64,000 nt of DNA from Octopus sinensis. Taxonomy: Eukaryota. A program made the position numbers and the translations under genes. The DNA lies in the NCBI RefSeq assembly GCF_006345805.1, contig NC_042999.1:169694001-169758000 (forward strand). Direction: 5' to 3'. Positions 12,113-25,600 of this stretch are shown here, in pieces; within the stretch, counting starts at the first letter, position 1; each line of letters starts with the position of its first letter. The notes beneath the pieces are model-generated. The model was not told the origin of the DNA, made no database searches, and saw nothing but the letters and a program-made list of their open reading frames with translations.

Positions 12113-13575
12113 CCTTAGACAAGCACAATTACCAACTTAGATAAAAGTAGACTCCTCACTAAATCTAGGGTCAAATGGCCAATACTATATAGAAGGGGTT
12201 CAATTTTAAATATCTCAGATAATTTATAGAGCTGAGTAAATCTGCAGATGGTATTAACCTGTAAAGTGAATTTGAAATATTAATATACTAAAATAAGAAA
12301 ACAAATGTCTGACCAGCAGAATCTCAGAAGAGCAATTTATCTTGAACAATTCAAAATAGAATCATAAGTTACTCTAATTTTATAACCATGGTATCCAAAC
12401 TTCTTCCATATTTCTGGCAGTCAACAAAAATTTTACAAAAAGAGTCTGCTTTGTAATTTTTGCTATTCTTTTTCCAAGATCAAAAAAATATATGAAAGCT
12501 TGTTTGTTACATAATAAATAAAAAAAACTTATCAAGTCGGATAACATTATGAACTCTTATGCTAATTACCTAAGATAACAAGAATATATATTCATCTGAT
12601 TTATAAAAACAAGTTAACCTAATTTGTGTCAGGCTTTGTTCAAAGTAATATTAATGAGAAAACAACACCAAACTGTTTAAAATAAAAGGTTAAACTGTTT
12701 AACTGATAAAGCAAATATTTCTAAAATACAGTCACAAGATACAAAACTGTTTTAAAAGGATATTATTTCAACAAGTCCAAGTAAAACTTCACTAACAGCG
12801 GCAATATGGTTTGGCTGGATTTTGAAGGTAAGAAGAAGTTACTTTAGTCATTTTAGTAAGATTCCAATAATAATTAGTTGACTAGTTAATAAGGTATGAA
12901 TAGTTCAGATAAAGTATTTTATGTTTCAAAGAATTTAGAATATAACGATAATACTGTCTGTATGAAATATTTACTTCATATTATATTTGTTAAAGACTTT
13001 GATTAAATATAGGTAAAATATTGGAGTAAAATATTAGCACCTTTATAACAAACTTGAAGATCATTCAAGTCTGAGTAGGATTCTTTGTTTTATCATTTTC
13101 TACAGAAATTTTAACAAGTATTGTTTTTTTTTACACTTTTATAAATATAAATATCTCTTGTTTGTTTAATTAGTATATACTGGCTTAATGAGTAACCATG
13201 TAGCTAAGAGGAAACTGCTTTTAATTGTGAATGACAATAAATACTGAAGTTAAAGTATGAAATCTAAGAATCACATTAACAAAAATGCTGTTATCATCAA
13301 ATTATTTTAAAAAATCAAAAAAAATCCAAGTGATGACTGCACCAAAAGCATTAATAGCAGCTACTGAGAACAGTCTTAGTTATCATTATACTGAAGAAGG
13401 AAGTTGGCAAGAACCAGAGAAGCAATGTTAAATAAAGGGATTTCAAATGAAGCGGTGTGCAGCTTAGAAGTTCTAAACAATTAAGAATGTCATAGCAGTA
13501 CCAAAAAGTACATATCCCAATACAACATCTTCTGGTTGTGATGTGAAATGACACTGGTAAAAGAATAGATCTTAC

Positions 13576-13657
13576 TATTCTATGCATAGAATAGTCAGAT
13601 CTATTCCAGAGTAGAACATATTTGGGATTTGTCAGAAGTCTATGCTTAGGTTCAAAT
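13576..13657 (-). CDS. Candidate internal exon (R)FEPKHRLLTNPKYVLLWNRSDYSMHRI
   Basis: Acceptor tttctttgtttttaag, donor GTAAGA, phase 2 to 0; the other two frames are closed. Confidence 0.45.
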
Positions 13658-14947
13658 CTTAAAAACAAAGAAATACAAATTGGAAAGATGTGGCTTTAAC
13701 AATGCTAGTAATAGGAGGCTACAAGAAGTTTGATAAGGCTGGTTGGTCTGTGTCCTGCAGTAAGGAGAATCCTTTAATTGAAACATTGTTTGTAATAAAT
13801 GGAAGGTGGTGAGGTTCTTCTTTAAATAAATAACATTTGTATTTCTTTGTCATTAAACACCAGCAACATTTTTATTGTCTTTTTCTTTTCTGACATTTAT
13901 AATCTTAAGGGTTTCATAATTAATTACTGTTTTTACTCATCGTTTAAATCTCGTTCGAAATGAGTGAGAACGAGAATCTCTACTGCTGGAAGTAACAGCA
14001 CAACTTCCCTCATATTACAGTCTACTCTCTTCAAAAAGCACACATTTTATATTATTGTTCTGGACATACTGGAGCAGTCACAGCCGAACGCCTTCGATTA
14101 CTGATCTGTTGGCACTAAACAACAACCTTCTATATTCATGCCCGATTCCCAGACGTTATAGTTTGTATTTCATGGAATACAAATCTACTCAATTCTAATA
14201 TCTGTAATGTTAAGCAGAAGAGAGATAAATATTCTTAGGGATAGGATGCTAGGCTATCACAAACCAGTATTTCCCATAGAAGGAATTGGTCTGTGTGCTG
14301 CAAGACAACCGATTACATTACTGCTACTCACTACTTACTCTGCTGGACTTCACTGCTGAGTTCTCACTTGGCTATGATCACAATACTGGGCACAGATTAC
14401 AACACACCAAACTCTTTATTAGTTGCCAAATATTCTACCAACTTTACCACCCATGCCCCCTCCCCCTGTCTCCCTAAAGTTGGTTACCTATTCACTCTCT
14501 ATAGTTTCCATTCTATTCTCATACTTTTATAACTTGTTACATCTAGAAATGAATCACCAACTCATTTTTAGGTCATGACTTACCATTAATTAATGATGAC
14601 TTTATGAAAATCTTATTTTAGTTACCTTTAATTATACTAAGTAGTACATTTTTTACAAGGAATACCATTTGTATTCTTTTTTCAATGTTTTATGTTTATT
14701 TTTATGCTTATTTTTATGTTTATTTTTTATGAAGTTTATACTTTTTCTACGGAATTCTGAGTTAGTTTTATAAGCAAGAAAAAAATATTTATTTTATTAA
14801 AAGCATAAGCTACTTCTCAAAATAGTTAAAATGGCAATCGGGAAATTATTGTTTAAACAAAAATGCACTCTAAAATCAGGAAAGTGTTATAATAAACCTC
14901 ACCAATCAATAATGTGTCCCTTTTCTCAATATTCAATTCAATATTAA

Positions 14948-15165
14948 CCCTTTAACATTCAGATTACTCTGCCAAATTTAATACTTATTTATTGATATTG
15001 TTTTGAATTAACCAGGTGTTATGTCCTAGCTTTGAGAATTTGACGCTGTAACTTAATTTTTAGAATGTCATTTTAGAGTTGGCGGGAGAGGCCAGATATG
15101 GCTGGGTTGAACATAAAACATACAAAATATTTTGGCCAGATATGGCTGGTTTAAATGCTAAAGGG
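14948..15165. mobile_element. TTAA-flanked MITE (piggyBac-like)
   Basis: TTAA-CCCTTTA(A/G)CATT ... AATGCTAAAGGG-TTAA. Confidence 0.8.
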
Positions 15166-15831
15166 TTAAGGTAGTATTGCACTCATTTATGTTAATTGTA
15201 TACTTATTTGCTAAAATTTAATATCAATTTGAATTTTTCAATTAGTAAAGTAACTTGTATATATGTTTAGCTTTTGAAAACTTCTAATTTTAACATGCAG
15301 TTTATGACAAAGAAATCTTCTGAATATACACAAATATATTATTTCAAATGACACAACAAATAGCAATACGTATGACAGAAGTTGAGAATTTTTTCAAAAA
15401 CTGTTTGTAAATAAAATTCCGTGATAGGAATTTTAATAATTGACTTTAGACATCAAAAGAAATCTTGAAATTTTATGTCCATAATAAGGAATCAGGAGGA
15501 CTGTGCATTGCTATTAGGCTATAAAAAAATACAAAGCATGCATTTGATGTGTTAAATACACAATTGAAAATGATTCAGCTTACCATTTTATATTATAGAA
15601 GTTTATACAAGTGTGGTAGGTCCTTGAGAAGGAAAACTTGAAGAAATATCAATCAATCAATCAATTTTACTTTTTTGTAAGAGTTTGATGAGTAAAGAGC
15701 CACAAAGAGAGATATTAAGCAGCACCAATGTCTTATAATCATGGAAATGATGTTAAAATAATGGTAGGCATATGAGAAGAATGGCATTCCTGTTTCCCCA
15801 AGATTATTAACAATGTAAGTGAAATAGTGCA

Positions 15832-15875
<44 letters not shown>

Positions 15876-16105
15876 CTATACAGTAGTGCAATATAGTAAT
15901 ACAATAATGCAATAGCTATAGAGCAATATAGTAGAGCGATACGGATCATGAAATGCCTATAAAGCAATATAGTAAAGCAATACCTATACACAAATGTAAT
16001 AGAGGAATACCTATTGAACAATATCTAGAGAGTAATTGTCATTCATTGATGGTTACTTGGAAATTCCCTTGTGTTTTCTCCTGTTAGCTGATTTGTTGGC
16101 ATTGA

Positions 16106-16169
16106 TCAGCTGAAATAGTTGAGCACTGGCTTAAAAAATGTCCCAGGCCTATCATCCTTTTCACCAAGT
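16106..16169 (-). CDS. Candidate terminal exon (R)LGEKDDRPGTFFKPVLNYFS*
   Basis: Acceptor gtattttttcag, phase 2, protein-like composition. Confidence 0.4.
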
Positions 16170-18039
16170 CTGAAAAAATACATTTTAAAAAACAAATTCT
16201 GTGGTGAAAGGAGGTGGGAGTTGTACTGAGTAGTAAGCCAAAACAAATGCCATAAAGCATCTCATCCAACATGATATTGCCATAGGGAAAATAGGAGTAT
16301 AACACATACAGAGCAAATACAGAGATGCGATAGAGTGATACAGTGATGTGATATCTAATATTTTAAAAGTGCAACAACTAATATTTCTATCAATCAAATT
16401 TGAACCATGCAAAACAAAATTGAAAATGAAATAAAAACATATACTGCTATTACTTATAGAGATAACTTGTTTACAGCATAAAATAAAACCAAGCAGGTGT
16501 AAGAATATCACACAAACGAGAAAAGCAGACCTTGTTGACAATAAAACTTATTATCAGCGAAAAACAGAATGAATAAAACTTCTACTACATCCAATGAAAT
16601 AACAAATACAAAAATATACTTTAATTTATATAGTTTATCTGGATTTTAAGGGGTTTCATGCTCTAAAACAAAATCCTATTTTTTTGCAATGGTGAACAAC
16701 AGCATCATTGAATGCAGTTTCTAATTTGGCATTCACACTTTCTCTGCATTTGTGGCAGTAAGAGTTACAAAGGACTGTGTAAAACAAATATCAGAAAGGG
16801 ACTTCATGCAAAAAGTATGTTTTTTTTAAAAGAATATTTTATCACCATCAGTAAACAATATGGCTGCAAGGACACAACAACAATAAATTATGATAATGTT
16901 CTTTTATTTTCTGTCTACCACCATAAGTGTAGAGTTCTTTTGGTCTAAAAAGCACAATAAATCTGCCATGTACAAATGCACAAGTTGCAAGCAAGTTTGG
17001 CATGTGTGCACGAAAATCCAAGTGAACTTGCATGTGTGCACAAACATAGGTGGGACTGCATGATGTCTGTCCATGTATATGTAAAATGCAAATGGGTCAG
17101 CATGACATGCTTACTTTCATACAAACGTAGAAAGTGAATAAGTAATGGATTTAATGTCTTAGTATGCCTTCAAATAGGAGTTCATGTTCCTAGCTTCTAC
17201 ATGTTTGCTAGTGATAAGCTGAGCTAGTCAGGTGAAAAAAGAATTTATCAGAGTTCTTAGTGTAAACTGCAATTGTGAAAGATAAAGTTGCTAATGGTGA
17301 CGAGGGATCATTGTTTAGTTCAGGTGTGGTTTTGATATGATACTCATGGGGTTTGCCTAGGGACTGCTGCATCTGAGTTGCTACTTCATGGCTGGAATAT
17401 GCTATTTTTAGGTGAAGTGAAATGATAATGTAGTTGAAACATGTAGCTTCAAACATTATGCTGAGTGTCAGGAAACTGTATTCCAAACAATGAAAAGCTG
17501 GATAGTGGGCCAGAAAGGAGTCTCTTTAAGTTCACAACTGAATGAAATATTGACAGCGTGGTGATAGCAGTAAGTTTAGAGTACAAATTTGTAGTATTTC
17601 ATAGCTGTTTGATGAACTGGGTTCACCAATGTAGTAAATATTGGTGAGAGAGCAAGTGCTGTCCAATCATTCCAGGGGCACCTTCAGACATTTCGGTCAT
17701 CTCCTGTATCCTTACACAAGCTCAGTTCTCTTAACTTTATCTTGTTATTGAGCATATTGAGTAAGGACGAGAGAATAAGTGTGATGTGTGTGCAGCTCTT
17801 TCCTGCTAGAAAAAGACAACCTTACACAAGTTTAGAAAATTTGATGGGTGAGTTATCCCATACACACACAGGGTGAAATCCAGTTTTTACTGCATTAAAA
17901 ACAATGAACTCTCTTTCTCAACATGTTATATACATGAAGTATATTTTTAACTATTGTAACATTTCTGTTTCTATGGTAGCTCTATATAAAGAATAACTAA
18001 GCTGTAAACTGCTTCAATTATGTCTGTGTTACGTTAATT

Positions 18040-18460
18040 ATAGGGCACGTAGCTCACATGTCAGCCGATCGATTATCAAAAAGATTGCTCTTTGGCGAGC
18101 TGCAAAAGGGAAAGCGCTCACAAGGTGGCCAGAAGAAGCGCTTTAAGGACACACTGAAAGCCTCACTGAAAGCCTTCAACATCGACCATGACACTTGGGA
18201 GCAGTCTGCTCTAGACAGAGAAGGGTGGCGATCAGCACAAGGGTGCCAACACATGCGAGACCAAAAGGATCGCTGCTGCACAAGCCAGGAAGAACAGAGC
18301 TAACAACCCTGTAGCAGGCGCTACCATTCCCTGTCCACACTGTCAAAGACTCTTTTGAGCATAGATTGGCCTCACTAGCCATCTGCGGACTCACAAAACA
18401 AGCCCACCCCCACTCCAGGATGACTAGATGGTCTTCGTCGCATCGACGGACAAACATACA
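18040..18460 (+). mobile_element. RTE-BovB-like LINE 3' end
   Basis: KRLLFGEL..GKRSQGGQKKRFKDTLK and terminal CPHC...SHLRTH zinc finger. Confidence 0.88.
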
Positions 18461-20309
18461 TATTAAAACAAACTCTAAGCTATGACAGTCATAACATTAC
18501 TTTATAAGGCAAATTGCAATTTCATAACTTAGTTTCCTTTTTTAGGAAAACACAACAGACAGCTAGACAAAAAATACTTTGACAAAGTACAAAAGCTTTT
18601 TACATAAAATGTAATTAAAACAGAAATGTTTTTTTTTCTTCTAATTATTCAAATAGAATAGCTGATAGGACAAATTATATGTTTCAATAAAAACACAGCA
18701 AGAACCCTGATAAGTAAATGAAAACAAATAAAGCTGCTGGGCAGATAAATAGAGAACCAATAAATTGGGAAAAAAATAATTGTTACCTTTTTTCTAATGA
18801 AGATATCTTGTGTATCAATGATTAGAATCTGTCTTAATAACAAAAGGTAAATTATTTCACAACTGTATATTTGAATTATTAGTGCACACTATATAGAGAC
18901 TTCATCATCATCATTATCATCGTTTAATGTCCACTTTCCATGCTAGCATGAGTTGGACGGTTTGACTGTGGGCTGGCGAACCAGATGGCTGCAGCAGGCT
19001 CCAGTCTTGAAGAAATTCATCTGGCCTTAAAAGCCATGTTAAGGATGCCTACAGCAAAGACGGCTGACTTTCTCTGTTGTTGTGTGTACCAGGTGATGGA
19101 CTGCCAGCTGCTGCTGCTGGCATTGAATGTTGCTAAAGAACAGTCCAGAAAAAAGGGGTTGTGTTGACGAGTTCAAAAAGTGGTTTTTGATAATAAGTGT
19201 TATGCTTAGGTAAACCATGCTAGTATAGATAAGAGACGAATGTTAAGGCAATTTACCCAAATACTAGTAATACAGATATCTCACACCAGCATCTTGGTAA
19301 AAAAATTTCTACTGAAGCTGTTACTCTTGGTCTGAAGTGTTTGCTTGAAGAGGTGTTTTGCAAATGTTGTGAACTGAACTTCAAGACAAACTTTTGATAT
19401 GTTCTTGAAGGGAATGTATCATTTAGTAATGAGGTCTTTGAAAAGAGAAAAAAAAAAAGGATCTTTCTTTCTTTTCAAAGAACTCACTACAATTGTTTTT
19501 AGAAAACCAGAGAATAAAAGCAACTATGTTGAGAAGAACAAGATAAAGATCTCTTAATCTTCAATTTAAGCTGCTGTAACCAAGATGTCAGGTGATAATT
19601 ATCCATATTTTAAATAGCTCCAATAACACTGCTTTTTGGCCCCAGTTTTTGTTATCCTCATTCTAGGGATGGTTATAGCAAAAAGGATGTGCATGACTAC
19701 ACTTAAATATATGATGATGATGATGATGATGATGATAATGGAAATTGGTGTATTTCCATGAAGCAGCCATGTTACCAGCTGAAAGAAATATGTAGAAGGT
19801 TTTTTTTTTCTTTTTGTAGGCAGATAAAAGAGTTCAGACACAGTTTTAAAACTTGATTATTTCCATTGAAAGAATGATATTCTAACGAGTTAAAAACTTT
19901 GGAATTATATGCTGAAGTAAGGCTGATGAGTTGAGAAGATTCAAGATACTGTTTACTGTAATCAATAGCCAAAAATGCATGCGGACAATGAATATACGGG
20001 ACTCTACTGAAGACGAAATTGGTCAGAGAGAATGAGACGGTTCCAAAAGTTGATTGTTGCCATGAGACAAAGTGAAAGTACTTTGCATGAGGCTAACTTT
20101 TGGACAATGAACAGTGTGTGCCTGTTTGAAGTTACCTACATATCACCCAGATAAAATATCGGTTCAGTTGGTTTTAAAGAAGTGTATTCTTGATTTTTCA
20201 ATGATTATACCTTGTGTGCTTATAGATCAGTAACATATATATACACACATTACATATAGACATAGACACAGAATCACATATATATATATATAAATATATT
20301 TTATTTGCT

Positions 20310-20629
20310 TAAGTCACTGGGCCGTGGGCAAGTTGGAGCAGTGCTCCAAAGGGTTTAGTTCAACAAACTGATCCCAGTAACTTATTTTTAAAGCCTGGTA
20401 CTTAGTCGATTGCTCTCTTATGCCAAACTGATACAGGAACATAAACAAACCAACACCAATTGACAACCAGTGGTAAGGGACAAACACACATTTATATAAC
20501 AGGCTTCTTTCAGTTTCTATCACTCAAATCCACTCAAAAAAATAACACTTGCTCAAGGTGCTGTGCAGTGGATTTGAACCCAAGACTATATGGTTGGGAA
20601 GAAATCTTAACAACATAACCACACTTGCA

Positions 20630-20630
<1 letters not shown>
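20310..20630 (-). mobile_element. OR-like SINE, degenerate
   Basis: Shared head and tail motifs. Confidence 0.75.
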
Positions 20631-20632
<2 letters not shown>

Positions 20633-20723
<91 letters not shown>

Positions 20724-20738
20724 ATTATTATTATTTTA
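20633..20738. repeat. (TA)n followed by (TTA)n microsatellite
   Basis: Direct reading. Confidence 0.95.
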
Positions 20739-21164
20739 ATCTACATCAAAAGTTTCAGAAATGTCATGAATAAAATTCTTGGCTCTTGAGACACTTTGTA
20801 ACTTCTATTGATAAAAATATATATATATATGTATATATAGTCATGTTTTGAGTTCTATATATCCTGTTCATATTATCAAAGCCACACACACACAAATATA
20901 ATGACAAGTTTCTGCAGTCTCTTGAATTCCAGGCATTGGTCAGTGCAAAGCTATTGATAGAGGAGCCCTGTTGGGGTAATGCGCAATGCGGTTGGAACTG
21001 GAACCACATGGTTGCCAGGGGTTTCAAAGAATAAGAAAAACACCATGAGTGAATGGAAAGCAATAAAGAATAAAAGAACACGGATGAGATAGACAGAGAG
21101 AGAGCCAGGTGGATTAGGAGGAAAGGGGGAGAAACGGAAAAGGGAGGAAGAAGCAGAGACAGAA

Positions 21165-21167
<3 letters not shown>

Positions 21168-21226
<59 letters not shown>
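21168..21226. repeat. (GA)n microsatellite
   Basis: Direct reading. Confidence 0.95.
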
Positions 21227-21230
<4 letters not shown>

Positions 21231-22689
21231 AAATCAGAGAAGAACCTAAAACTATAAGGTTTCCATTAGTTTCAGAAAGAAATACTATTAGAGAGAGAGT
21301 TAAAAATAGACACAGGGTAGTGCATGCATAACACCAATATACAGGACACAAAAAGGATACGCTTCTCTAGCAGTATTTCTCTTTGAAACTATTGTCACCA
21401 CTGGAGAATACAGTTCTATCCTGAAGTGCTAAAACTGTCATGACATCCAGGTTCCCTGCTGATGGGAGGCTTCTGTTTTGTTAATTTTCTTTTGCTCTTG
21501 TTTCCAAATTGCTTTATATGTTTTCATTGTCATCTACACTTATTTTCTTCATACACACACACACACACACTTATATATCAATTTATCAAATGGTGGTGTA
21601 TTCCCCCTTCCACAGAGGTATATACTAAACAGCCACCTAACTTTCCTCCACTTGTGCCTCATGTGGTTGTGTATCTGTATACTTGTCACTTTTCTTCACT
21701 TCATTATTGATAAAGTAAGTGACATATTAGTCTGCATGTGTGTGTTCAAATATATGCACATGCCATTACTCCTGTATGTAGCTGCATTCATATGTGTATG
21801 GTTACACATACAGTCACTGTTATTTATTATCATAATTACATATTATAACTGTCCGATCAATGAATATAAAATACTGGATATGGTTATAGTTGGTAATAGA
21901 GTAAAAAGAGGACATGAAAGAGTAGGAGTACAGTTCTTGAGTTAAAATGGCAGGTCTTATGTGTGTATTGCACCTGCGTGTGTTTCAGTTGTGTCCAATC
22001 AATGACAAAACAAAGACATCACACACAAAATGGCTTTATCATCAAAGGAGTGTATCTAGTTGCTTGACTTGCTACAATATCCACCGAATCCCCTTCAAAT
22101 CATAAACTATTGACTTAAGAAAAGGGAAAGAAAAATTCAACACTATTCCTAAATATACAAAAAAAAAGAAAAAGAGATGGTTATAGCTGGAATACCTTTG
22201 ATCATACGTCTATCTAACGATGCTAATCTGAGATAATTAAACAATACGATCATGGATTATATTGCAATCAAAACAAATAATCAATTTAAAAGTAATCACA
22301 AACAAATCAAACGTTTAGTGATTTAAACATTAATCTATCTACGTGTACAATAGATCTGTATGTCTAACCATATATCTGCTTCTTATATATATATGTAAAT
22401 ATTATGTATGTGTGTATATGTGTAATAGAAATGCATAATGCAGTTTACAATAAAGTCTCCCCACCCCAATCGCCTTCCTGTATTTGTAATTAAGCCTAAC
22501 AAACATGATAATGAATTAATTTCCTGCTTTGCTTTGCCATAATGAAGCTGTATCTTATTTTTATTCTTTATTTTCACTTAGCATTATGGTAGAAATGAAG
22601 AATAAAATTAGATCTATAAAATTTTGTATATACAGAAATTGTTTTAGAAGACTATGAGTTGCACAGTTGATTAGGAAGAGAATCAGGTG

Positions 22690-23870
22690 AGATAAGGTGC
22701 AGTTTAACTTTATTCAAGAAAGAGATACTATTGTTGCTATCTTTCTAGTGAAACAACTGCAGAAGAAATACTTAGCTAGAAGTCCCTGTACTTATCTGTC
22801 AATGACCTGGAGAAGGCCTTTGACAGGATTCTACACTATGAAATCTGGAGGGGTACTAAGGGAGCTATGGCTAGATGAGGAGCATGTGAGGACCATACAA
22901 ACCATGTATAGAGGAGTAGTCATCAAAGTAAGAACTATGCCGGTAGACCATCAGGGCTCAGTTTCAACCCCCAACAGTCTTCCGTTTACTTTAGTCCTCC
23001 AAACCAAAACCAAAGCAGACAAATTTAATGCTGACTATCCACAGAAACTCATGGATGCTGATAACCTGGGTCTTACAGCTCAATTTGTAGAGTTAACCTT
23101 TAACGCACTGATGGTGAATCATGTTGCTGTACAAGTTTTCTCCCTTGTCGCTGCAGACACCTAATGTCACCTTGAGAGGAGAAAACTCACACAGCAAGAG
23201 GATTCGGCTTCAGCATGCTAAAGATTAAAGAAGTTTCATGCATGAACACAAATCAAGAATTAAGAAGTCATAAAGCAAGGAAAAAAGGACATGACCCCAC
23301 TACCATCTGGGAAATGGCCACGCACGATAGACCAAAAAGCAGTAACTAGAAACTTTATATGATAGACCTAATATAAACAATGGATACATGAAAGGTAGAG
23401 TGGAATCACAGATAGGTTAACGGAGAAGCTAGACTTTGTATGTTGTAGATGTAGTAAGAATATACATGAAATAAATTTCAGCTCTCTAAAAGTAGTTGAT
23501 AACTTTGGTCACTTTGGTGACCTAATATTAGTAGTGGATGAGTGGATGTGGGTGTACAGAATACATAGTAGCTAGGATAGGAATGGGGTGGAAAAAGTTG
23601 AAGGAGTTATTACTTTTGCTTGCAGCAAGAAGTTTCTCTCTCAGCCTGAAGGGATGATTGCCAAGTGTAGCATTACACGGTAGCTTTGGATATAGAAGAT
23701 TTGGGATAAAAGGACAAAAAAATTGAGTGAGCATGCTCCATTGGACATATAATGAACTAATGAATAACAGAACACAAATGATGAGATGTAGCATGCAAGA
23801 ATGATGCATATGGAAGATGCCAGTTGTATAAAAATGTGCTGGTTGCTTGAAGTGGATAGAGCCTTCATTA
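22690..23870 (+). mobile_element. Highly degraded RTE LINE RT region
   Basis: AIFLVKQLQKKYLA and PSGKWP remnants homologous to the RTE above. Confidence 0.75.
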
Positions 23871-25532
23871 CTTTATCTCACTCAGTCTCTATCCTATTCA
23901 CTGTGACATAGGATTTAATCTGCACTCAATCCTTCCATCATCTTTCACAATGTCTGTGCAATGAGGAAAAGCTTCACATCTGTCCATATTCAGTAACCCC
24001 ATTCAGCATCACCCTTCTCTATTATTAGCCATCATTCTTTTCCCCCGTGTATATATCTCTGACTATTACATGTCTCTAGTGTCATCCATCACTTGCTTTC
24101 TTTCAGGACATCTTCATTGCTATTCCTTTACACTGATCGTGCTGTTTTTACATTCAATCTCCTTACCAACAACCAATATATAGCTATCACTATTTCTCCT
24201 CCATTACAACCTCCGCTATCATCATTTCGCTGTTTTCCCCATCACATTCACTCTTTTCCCATCCTCTTAGTCATCACACTCCTTTATCCATACTCTCAGT
24301 GATGCTTGCCTTGGAAAAAGACAATATAGAGTAAAGGGGACTCTTTTAGTTTTCCAGGAAAGAGAGCAATGTCTCCACGGTTGGTGCTGTAGTAAAATGT
24401 ATCCAGAATGATTTGTAAAGTAATTGGTGAATGAATGGAGACAAGATACAATAGAGAGGACTCTAGGCTCAGCATCTTTAGTGTTGATGTCCTGATAAAA
24501 TGCATCCAATAAACTCTACAGAGTGGTTGGAATGTGTGAGTGAGATATCCTTTGATCTATCAAGCAAAGTGGTAGCTCCAAATAATAATAGATTCAGATT
24601 GTGAAAACCCATCAAACCCATGCCAAGGTGGATGTAAATAGAATGATGATGATGATAACAGGCTACTTCTGAAAGAAAGATGGGATGTGGTGGTTGGAAT
24701 GTCTATAGCCCTAAGTTCACACGACCACGTCTGATCTGGGAAGCTAAAAAACAACAACATAAATCAGACAAAGTATATTTAACTATTCATTCCTCTACCT
24801 GAATAGACTTAATTAGTAACAGTGGTGGAGCTGGTGGTAGTCTAAGGTGCAAAATTGATAGTAAATTCTGCGTTTGATTTGTTGTTGTTTAGGCTTTGAT
24901 GACCAAAGTATTCCAACCGTGACCATCCAGTCAACTATAAGATATCTATGACTACATTTACCCATTGTACCTTTCCATTTTTAAAATGGTAAGGTGCGAA
25001 TTCAAGGTGATATTGTATTTTTAGCAGATCAAATAAGTGCAGAGAGAGTTCTTGGCTCCCAACCTTTACTTATGACAGGAGGTAAATTAGGTCAGAAACA
25101 TAATATACAAATGTCTTGCAGCAACTAGAAAATAAGGAAATAAAGATTTCCAACAAGACCTAGAGATTGATTGAATGAATTTAGAAAGTATTGATCAGTT
25201 TATGAAGGAGTCGTGTTTCATGAACGCATAAGTCACCATTTTTGGTAGTTGAATAAGAATAGTACTTTTAGGAAGACTTTTAGGAAGTCAGACTTTACAG
25301 AAAATGTTTCAGCATGAAGAAAATTAAACTAAAATCGTTGAATTACTCAAAGAATGGAAAAGCGTTTGCATACAAGGATTCAGTTTTTACTGTTAAAAGT
25401 GAGAATGATATCAATTGGGATGATATTAATAAAACCTAGATATCTCTAGATAAATTTGAAAAAGAACAACAACAACAAAAAAAAACTAAAACAAAAACAA
25501 TATTAAAGTGTAAGCTTCAGATAATCTGTAAC

Positions 25533-25600
25533 CTGAAAGCATCAAAAAAATCTCTACTCGAAATAAAAGAGTTTTCTATTGACTCCAGTTCTGTAACTTT
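25533..25600 (-). CDS. Candidate alternative PFK tail exon KVTELESIENSFISSRDFFDAF(R)
   Basis: Very strong polypyrimidine acceptor, phase 0 in, weak donor CAG/GTTACA phase 2 out. If unspliced it ends ...RLQII*. Confidence 0.45.

Noticed and set aside
12799-12827. Plus-strand 29-nt microexon candidate (CTAACAG / GTAAGA; GNMVWLDFE)
   Set aside because: No partner plus-strand exons found; such sites arise by chance in AT-rich DNA
19810-19860. Strong plus-strand acceptor (T-run then GTAG)
   Set aside because: All frames close within 12 codons and no upstream plus-strand exons were found
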